A stretch of DNA of 64,000 nucleotides, taken from the IMG/VR virus record IMGVR_UViG_3300042731_007944, positions 40,988 through 104,987 of that record; one strand, written 5' to 3'. Positions 58,218-64,000 of this stretch are shown piece by piece. Position numbers and translations under genes: made by a program. The notes below the pieces were generated by a model. The model was not told the origin of the DNA, made no database searches, and worked only from the letters and a program-made list of their open reading frames with translations. The stretch comes from a virus. Every line of letters begins with the position of its first letter. Positions within the stretch are counted from its first letter, which is position 1.

Positions 58218-58464
58218 GTCTCGCCTTGTTATAGCGTTTTTTCAATGTTCTGGCCTGTGCTCTGGCCTTTTTTTTCGCATCGTGCTGTTTCTCTTCCGGG
58301 AGATCCAGGAAGAACGTTATGGCCTTCGCCACATACGGACTGACCCGGCGTTTTCCACGTTCCCATTCCGAAATGCGTTGCTGTGTCGTATTAAACAGAC
58401 AGGCGAATTCCAGTTGTTTCAATTCAATTCTCTCACGGGCGGCTTTCAATTCATTCGGTGTCAT
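58186..58464 (-). CDS. XRE-family HTH regulator
   Basis: LKQLEFA...QQRISEWERG. Confidence 0.85.
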   Translation of the reverse strand: MTPNELKAARERIELKQLEFACLFNTTQQRISEWERGKRRVSPYVAKAITFFLDLPEEKQHDAKKKARAQARTLKKRYNKARHERTQRQQQQ

Positions 58465-59249
58465 TTGTTCACCAGGTCAATCTGTTGTATCATCTTGAAT
58501 AACGGGATAACCACATGAGGAACGACCGCATTGCCGGTCATTCTTGCCACGCTGCTTTGAGAACACCCATCAAGCCATCCTTTAGGCATGCCGGCAAATC
58601 GCTGTCGCTCTTCAGAGTCCAAGATTCGCAATCTTCCGTCGTAAATGTAACAATCACGGGAATCGTATCGTTGTCGGTTCGTAGTAAGACACGGAATGAC
58701 CTGCCTCGACGCACAGCCCGGCGTATAATAACTTGAATTGCCTTGAAGTTCACATAACTCCCGGAGTGTGCTTTGCCAGGCTTCTTGATTTGATGCGACA
58801 ATAAAATCTCGGATTCGTTGTTGACCTGTAAACGGAGCGGCGTCTGTCCGGACAATAACCGATCCGTATCCGAGCAACTCCAATGCGGTCGCAAAGTCAA
58901 CATCATCTGATGAAGGAACATTTTCGCGGAGTACCCACCGTGGCCGGCACTCTCCAACCACTCTGAGGAAATGTCCTGATAAGTCTGGGGTATTGCTTTG
59001 ACCATTGCTTCGCGCTCGGCTTCTGATAGGACAGGGATCGCCACCTGAAACAAGCGTAATTGATTCATACTCATCACCGTGTAACTTTCGGATATCAGAC
59101 ACACAGGGAACATCGGGCCATCGTTTTTGAAGCACCCGCCGGCATTGTGCGTTTTTCTCACAGAACACGACCGGCTCATAATCGGGAAAAACCTGAGACG
59201 CCGCATACACAAACATGCCAGACCCTGTGAATAAATCGATCTGTCTCAT
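58461..59249 (-). CDS. C5 cytosine DNA methyltransferase
   Basis: IDLFTGSG, GGDPC, ENV, QQRIR, GNAV. Confidence 0.9.
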   Translation of the reverse strand: MRQIDLFTGSGMFVYAASQVFPDYEPVVFCEKNAQCRRVLQKRWPDVPCVSDIRKLHGDEYESITLVSGGDPCPIRSRARSNGQSNTPDLSGHFLRVVGECRPRWVLRENVPSSDDVDFATALELLGYGSVIVRTDAAPFTGQQRIRDFIVASNQEAWQSTLRELCELQGNSSYYTPGCASRQVIPCLTTNRQRYDSRDCYIYDGRLRILDSEERQRFAGMPKGWLDGCSQSSVARMTGNAVVPHVVIPLFKMIQQIDLVNK

Positions 59250-59471
59250 ACAAATTACCACACCATAGAGTGTGGGAACTGTCAAGCAAAAAAAAGAGGA
59301 AAAAACACCAGAGGGTGTATCACAGGATCTTTGCTGACTTTTCTAAGATAAACCCGGAAATGTCGTGTGAAGAATTCATGCTTGAGAAATATTTCCCTAA
59401 GTGACTGTCACACTACGGATTTAGATGGTTTTTTGCACAACACACAAGTGATCGATAAGGGCAGTTATGTG

Positions 59472-59903
59472 TTAATATTCATAGGCCTCTTTTGTGTACT
59501 TCCCATACTGTCTAAAATCATCTTCCCTTTTTTGATAGGCAAGTTCTTTGCAGATATTACAACGATCTCCTTTGTTCTTCGGGTTTAACAAGGCTCTTCT
59601 TGACCTTGTTTCATATCGGCCACAAGCACATTTCACGACCCATAATGTTTTCTTGCGATAGTTTTTAGCGCCATCAAAAACGCCAATCACTAGGAATCTA
59701 CCAAAGCGCTTTCCGGTTAGATCGTGGTAACTCCATCCCCTAAAAGGGACAACAGGTGGTTGAACCTCCCAATGGCGCTCAGTTATTTTTTTCTTCGATG
59801 TAAAATGAACGCCTTTAGCATACAAAACAGTTGCAGACGTTTTATCTACGGCTTTACGTGGAGAATCAAAATAATCTCTTGGCATTTTAAAAACAACCTT
59901 CAA
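59472..59903 (-). CDS. Cassette ORF resembling phage HNH/AP2-associated N-terminal domains
   Basis: DLTGKRFGRFLVI...WVVKCACG; followed by an R'' remnant ACACATAAC. Confidence 0.6.
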   Translation of the reverse strand: MKVVFKMPRDYFDSPRKAVDKTSATVLYAKGVHFTSKKKITERHWEVQPPVVPFRGWSYHDLTGKRFGRFLVIGVFDGAKNYRKKTLWVVKCACGRYETRSRRALLNPKNKGDRCNICKELAYQKREDDFRQYGKYTKEAYEY

Positions 59904-59915
59904 CTTACTGATGAC

Positions 59916-60055
59916 ACATAACGCCGAACATCACAAGCCATGTCCGCGCCCCTCACGACGGGTACCGAAGCATGCGAAACCACCAAACCTTTAAGCGAGA
60001 GGAGTATGTTGAAAACTACCGCGCGGACATGGTCTTGTGCATGTTTTTGTTAGCG
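59916..60055 (-). repeat. Integron attC site
   Basis: Minus strand CGCTAAC-AAAAA-CATGCACAAG(A)CCATGTCCGCGC...GCGCGGACATGGCTTGTGATG-TTCGGC-GTTATGT. Confidence 0.9.
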
Positions 60056-60066
60056 CTTACGTCCCT

Positions 60067-60261
60067 TTAGTGTATTTTCTTGATAGCTTTTTCGCTTCTT
60101 AACTCTAAACGATAAAGACTTTCCCTTTTTTCAAGAATTTGATCAACTGTTCTCGCAATGATTTCTTTCAATTGCGTTCCATCAATAAATAGAACACCAT
60201 TGTCATTATCATCAAATTCTGCATTTATTCTTATCGGAGCTTTAATCATAAAAGAATTCAC
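60067..60261 (-). CDS. Hypothetical protein
   Basis: Short ORF before attC. Confidence 0.5.
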   Translation of the reverse strand: MNSFMIKAPIRINAEFDDNDNGVLFIDGTQLKEIIARTVDQILEKRESLYRLELRSEKAIKKIH

Positions 60262-60280
60262 CTCTTACAAAATCATCTAT

Positions 60281-61075
60281 TTATGGCTCTATTGCATCAA
60301 TATCGTCAATACGATAGAAAAGTAAACGTCTCTCCCGTACTTTCTCAGTTGAAATTTCTTTAACTTGCTGTAATTCTGAGTCTGTCAAAACATTTTTCTG
60401 CGATAGTATGTTCAATAGGTTGTCCATTATCTCAATATTATCTTCAAGCATTTCCATAATATTGGGAATTTCAGGATATAATCCAACCCTCTTTTTATGG
60501 GTGATGTCATAGCTTCTTTCGACCAAACAGATATGCTGTTTTATTTTGCCATCATTCTGAGACCACAGCCCCTGTCCGAAACGCATTTCTTTCTCTTGCT
60601 CGCTGATGCCTACTCTGACAACTGGAAAATATAACTCACCATATCTTATTTTCTTAAAATTCTCATATTCTTCAGGTGTCAGAAGTATTCTGGCATCAAT
60701 AATCAAGGAGTCTTCATCTATGGATTCTTTGTAGAAATATGGCTGAAAAGACAAACCGTTGATTACTAATTTTTCGATTGAAAGGACTTCCTGCTCAGTA
60801 AGTTCCAATGTATGCCTATAAGGCCCACTATCGTTAGAGTAAGTATATGAGCTATTACTAATTTTCCACTTCTTCCTATGGTCTTCTTCATCAACGGAAC
60901 TTATAATCTTATTATCTCTAATAATGTCTAAAAAAGCCCGATGTCCGTTTTCATTTCTGAATGTTAGGGAAACCTCTATGACATTCAGTTCTGTCCCAGT
61001 ATGTTTTGATAGAATTGTTTCCCGCAACTCTGTTTGCACCGGAACTTTGTCATTAAAAAGTTCTAAATACAGCAT
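60281..61075 (-). CDS. Hypothetical protein
   Basis: AAGGAG RBS; AT-rich ORF. Confidence 0.75.
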   Translation of the reverse strand: MLYLELFNDKVPVQTELRETILSKHTGTELNVIEVSLTFRNENGHRAFLDIIRDNKIISSVDEEDHRKKWKISNSSYTYSNDSGPYRHTLELTEQEVLSIEKLVINGLSFQPYFYKESIDEDSLIIDARILLTPEEYENFKKIRYGELYFPVVRVGISEQEKEMRFGQGLWSQNDGKIKQHICLVERSYDITHKKRVGLYPEIPNIMEMLEDNIEIMDNLLNILSQKNVLTDSELQQVKEISTEKVRERRLLFYRIDDIDAIEP

Positions 61076-61121
61076 TGTTTAGCTCCTTTCCTGTTCAAGG
61101 ACTCCTGTTACATAAAAAAAA

Positions 61122-61171
61122 GAGGGCAGGCGGGAACAGGATACCCGCTTTTCGGGAGCGACCCTATCCTC
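61122..61171 (-). ncRNA. Structured leader RNA, GAGGATAGGG family (copy 2)
   Basis: GAGGATAGGGTCGCTCCCGAAAAGCGGG...CCCGCCTGCCCTC downstream of a TTGACA promoter. Confidence 0.55.
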
Positions 61172-61248
61172 TCTTTTGTGAATGATGCTCAAAGTATCAT
61201 ATCGTTTTCGCTTATGTCAATACATTTCTTCGCTGTTTACAAATAGAG

Positions 61249-61387
61249 CGCTAACGCCTGCGTTCACAAGCAAAACTCGCGCCCTATGCGGGAGACAGAC
61301 GTTGATGCTAAGATTAAGTTTTATGCGTTGCACGTATGTTCAAACTACAGCGCGCGGGTTTTGTCTTTGTGCAACGCTTTGTTAGGG
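61249..61387 (-). repeat. Integron attC site
   Basis: Minus strand CCCTAAC-AAAGC-GTTGCACA...TGTGAAC-GCAGGC-GTTAGCG. Confidence 0.9.
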
Positions 61388-61458
61388 CGATTTTAGACAA
61401 CATTGACATAGCTTCATGGAAGAAACTACGCCAATGTTGTTTCTATATGACAAAAATA

Positions 61459-61839
61459 CTATATTGACACTTCCTCAAATAGGCGATCAAAAATAGCATC
61501 TTTACACGCCTGGAAATCGAAATTGCCACCACCAACACACACAGAAAAATGTTCTTCATCACCATTCTTCCCATATCCATAGGACAAATTCTGAACAATC
61601 CTGTCTTCTTCGATTTCCAGGTTTTTGAATTTTACAGCAAGATCAAAATCACACCGGATCGCAGCATCTTCATAAAAGACTTCACCAAAATCAGCGTGAA
61701 GCATTTCAGGTTTGCAGCCTAAATATTCTGCGAAACCGCGAAGAACAACTTCCGCAAATCTCCTCTGTGACTTTTTAATGTTGTTCTTTGTGGCTGCTAT
61801 TTGCTGACAAACTTCTGTATATCTTGTCATATCATTCAT
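61459..61839 (-). CDS. Hypothetical protein
   Basis: ORF with its own promoter and leader. Confidence 0.65.
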   Translation of the reverse strand: MNDMTRYTEVCQQIAATKNNIKKSQRRFAEVVLRGFAEYLGCKPEMLHADFGEVFYEDAAIRCDFDLAVKFKNLEIEEDRIVQNLSYGYGKNGDEEHFSVCVGGGNFDFQACKDAIFDRLFEEVSI

Positions 61840-61877
61840 CGCCCCAATCCCGTGTTTTATCAGGGTAATAAACTAAA

Positions 61878-61946
61878 AGCCCGAAAATCGCTACCGCCAA
61901 ATAGAGAGAAAAGGCGTCTGCCACGATGGGCAGAAATCTTCGGGCT
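61878..61946 (-). ncRNA. Three-way-junction leader RNA
   Basis: AGCCCGAAGA/TTTTCGGGCT closing stem with two hairpins; upstream TTGACA-17-TATTAT. Confidence 0.45.
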
Positions 61947-62188
61947 AATTTTATTTTACAATGCTACCTCTCTCTATTTTAGTAGCAGATAAGATAATAT
62001 CCCTCTATAAAGAGCATGTCAAGAAAAATCAATGCCCTCAGTGTAACGCACGGCGCGAAGTGCGGTGCAACTCCTCCTGTTAATATTAGCAACTCACTTG
62101 ACCCCGTTGCTGCCGCGACAAGTATAATGCTTGTACTGCCCTCCCAAACATCACAGAGCGGGAGCAACGCGGGACGACTCCCCCTATT

Positions 62189-62842
62189 TTATATTACTGA
62201 CCTATCCCCTGATGTTAGATATTGCTGTCGTCTTTTCTCCCTTTCCTGTAATGCTGCTATAAATGCTGGACGTTGTTGGATGATCCTTACAAGCTCTTCT
62301 TCGGCGAGTTCTCCGGCTAACTCTAAAAGCTCCTCGGTGACAAATGGTTTCGCTTCCGCAGTAATTTCAAATGTATGTACAGGCCCCAAGGGAGTTTGTT
62401 CACCGACCTGCGAAATTTGCATAAGAATACGTTTCTTCAGTAAGCCAACCACCGCAGGATCGAGAAGGGGAAGTAATACAGCATGTTGTTTTTGGAAGAA
62501 AGTAAATTCTCGCAAGACACTCTTCTCTTTTGTATCCAACGTATTAAGCGCATTTTTCACTCCAACAATATGACGTCTTGATGCAAAACGTTTTTTGAAA
62601 GATAATCCAACCGCCCAACCTACATCTACAACAATATATGAAACCGTAATAAGAAATACTCCGCCAAAATAGTTCTTATAGGTAGCAATAATCTGCTGTA
62701 AACCAAAAACAGAAAGCCAGCTTTGAGGGAAAAGCAAGCATATTCCAGAAACAATACACAAAAAGAGTACCATTTTTATAAAAACCTTACTTTTAAGTAA
62801 CTCAGCCGCCTTTATGGCAATATCAAACACTTTTTCTATCAC
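62189..62842 (-). CDS. Superinfection exclusion B (SieB)-like membrane protein
   Basis: Two TM segments, LLFPQSWL, LDTKEKSVLREF, LPLLDPAVVGL. Confidence 0.75.
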   Translation of the reverse strand: MIEKVFDIAIKAAELLKSKVFIKMVLFLCIVSGICLLFPQSWLSVFGLQQIIATYKNYFGGVFLITVSYIVVDVGWAVGLSFKKRFASRRHIVGVKNALNTLDTKEKSVLREFTFFQKQHAVLLPLLDPAVVGLLKKRILMQISQVGEQTPLGPVHTFEITAEAKPFVTEELLELAGELAEEELVRIIQQRPAFIAALQEREKRRQQYLTSGDRSVI

Positions 62843-62885
62843 ATATCCTCCCCGTTACAGGATTATCACCCGTTGATTTATGGAT

Positions 62886-62934
62886 GAGGAAGACCGGCAA
62901 CGGAAACCGGCCTTTCGGGAGCTACCCTATCCTC
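62886..62934 (-). ncRNA. Structured leader RNA, GAGGATAGGG family (copy 3)
   Basis: GAGGATAGGGTAGCTCCCGAAAGGCCGG...CCGGTCTTCCTC after TTGACA-18-TAAAAT. Confidence 0.55.
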
Positions 62935-62988
62935 GGCATAATTTTATATTCCGTTCTTTTAGAATGTCAAGCAATTCTCTGTATGGGA

Positions 62989-63255
62989 TTATTCAAACTG
63001 CCTGTGACAACTCGGACACTCTTGAACTGTTTTATCTTCTAATCGTGTCCCACAATTGCCACACACAAAGTATTGCGAGGCTTGTGACCCGTATACGAAC
63101 AAGATAACCGCAAAAACAGTACCGAGCAGACCGAATATTGGACCTCCAAGCCACCCCCCTAAACACAACAAACCAAGCAATTGCAAAAAACACCCTTTTC
63201 CGGCGGTACTGGTTTTCTTTTTCTTCTGTGCAGTAGCGATATTCCCTGTTTCCAT
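62989..63255 (-). CDS. Membrane protein with C-terminal Zn ribbon
   Basis: Two TM segments; CGNC...CPSC. Confidence 0.7.
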   Translation of the reverse strand: METGNIATAQKKKKTSTAGKGCFLQLLGLLCLGGWLGGPIFGLLGTVFAVILFVYGSQASQYFVCGNCGTRLEDKTVQECPSCHRQFE

Positions 63256-63307
63256 AATCCCTCCTGATTATTCCTGTGCTGTGTTTTATGTTGACTTTCG
63301 ATCACGA

Positions 63308-63523
63308 CTATCGTATCTTTCGATACCGATATTGTCCCTTCTTAATGTGGTCATCTAAATATCCACCTTTTGAAGAGGCATTCATCAAGCTCATATACAC
63401 ATGTTGCGGTACACGAAAATATTGATACACCGCGCCATCATGGAATTCAACTTCTAAGGTATGTGTTTCAGGATCGTACCCCACAGATTTGAGATTGGTA
63501 GATGAAACGAATGTCCTGTGCAT
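63308..63523 (-). CDS. KTSC-domain protein
   Basis: VSSTNLKSVGYD...LEVEF..G.VYQY..VP...ASSKG. Confidence 0.9.
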   Translation of the reverse strand: MHRTFVSSTNLKSVGYDPETHTLEVEFHDGAVYQYFRVPQHVYMSLMNASSKGGYLDDHIKKGQYRYRKIR

Positions 63524-63727
63524 AGTACCTCCTTTACAATATGGAAGAGCACCTTGATATAACTCCACCACCGATAGAAACCATGACTGAACAAGAAATT
63601 TTTGCCTTGTTCGACAAATACCACTTTAAGGATGATCATGGGCATAACTTGCTCTACTGTGAGGACTTTATCCTCTTGGTAAAACAAGTTGCCTATCATC
63701 GCACAATAAACACCCCATAAACACAAA

Positions 63728-63800
63728 AAGCTCCGAAGAGTTGCTATTGCCACGGAATGTGGTTTCCCGGTCGTCGCCGATCCGGAACTCTTCGGAGCTT
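63728..63800 (-). ncRNA. Three-way-junction leader RNA
   Basis: 15-bp closing stem AAGCTCCGAAGAGTT/AACTCTTCGGAGCTT with two internal hairpins. Confidence 0.45.
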
Positions 63801-63936
63801 ATCAATATTTCATTCCACATTCTGACAATAGCGTCACAAATGTGGTACAGCTATAACTTCACGTCAAGGAAAATTCTGAGAGATCTTCATATTTTTCACA
63901 TACTATAGTGTGAGGTGATGTTGATGTGATGATGCG

Positions 63937-64000
63937 CGCTAACGCCTGCGTTCACAAGCAAAACTCGCGCCCTATGCGGGAGACAGACGTTGATGCTAAG
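63937..64000 (-). repeat. Integron attC site (partial, runs off window)
   Basis: 63936-64000 is identical to 61248-61312. Confidence 0.85.

Larger units (their letters stand above)
2500..64000. mobile_element. Prophage / integrated phage-plasmid (ends approximate; right end beyond window)
   Basis: Head and tail gene set, terminase, Rep, partition genes and tyrosine recombinase following a host gene; no att repeat identified. Confidence 0.8.

Noticed and set aside
62040-62180. Additional attC (minus-strand GCGTTACAC)
   Set aside because: No matching R'' or L boxes with correct spacing

Overview
Nearly the whole window is one large prophage-like element next to a single host gene (a HAMP/PAS sigma-54 activator, 1-2334, truncated at the window edge). 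2.5-9.8 kb is a plasmid-type module: FtsK/TraB-like translocase with clustered GTGGAC repeats, iteron-containing Rep with a DnaA-N-like C-terminus, and ParM/ParR-like partition genes. 9.7-11.5 kb is an IS200/IS605 element (tnpA+tnpB) with precisely definable ends. 12-53 kb is a minus-strand long-tailed-phage morphogenesis region (terminase, Mu-like portal, protease/scaffold, capsid, tail tube, frameshifted chaperone, tape measure, tail tip). A five-gene glycosylation cluster sits between terminase and portal, and an ~11-kb plus-strand accessory island sits upstream of the tape measure gene. 53-59 kb holds early-type genes, a tyrosine recombinase and a C5 methyltransferase. The most striking signal is two arrays of integron attC sites inside the phage (22.1-27.5 kb, + strand; 59.5-64 kb, - strand). 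Their cassette ends are mutually complementary, there are two attI-like sites, no IntI is recognisable in the window, and the cargo includes a tRNA-like RNA and a probable structured ncRNA. All family assignments come from motifs read by eye, not from database searches.
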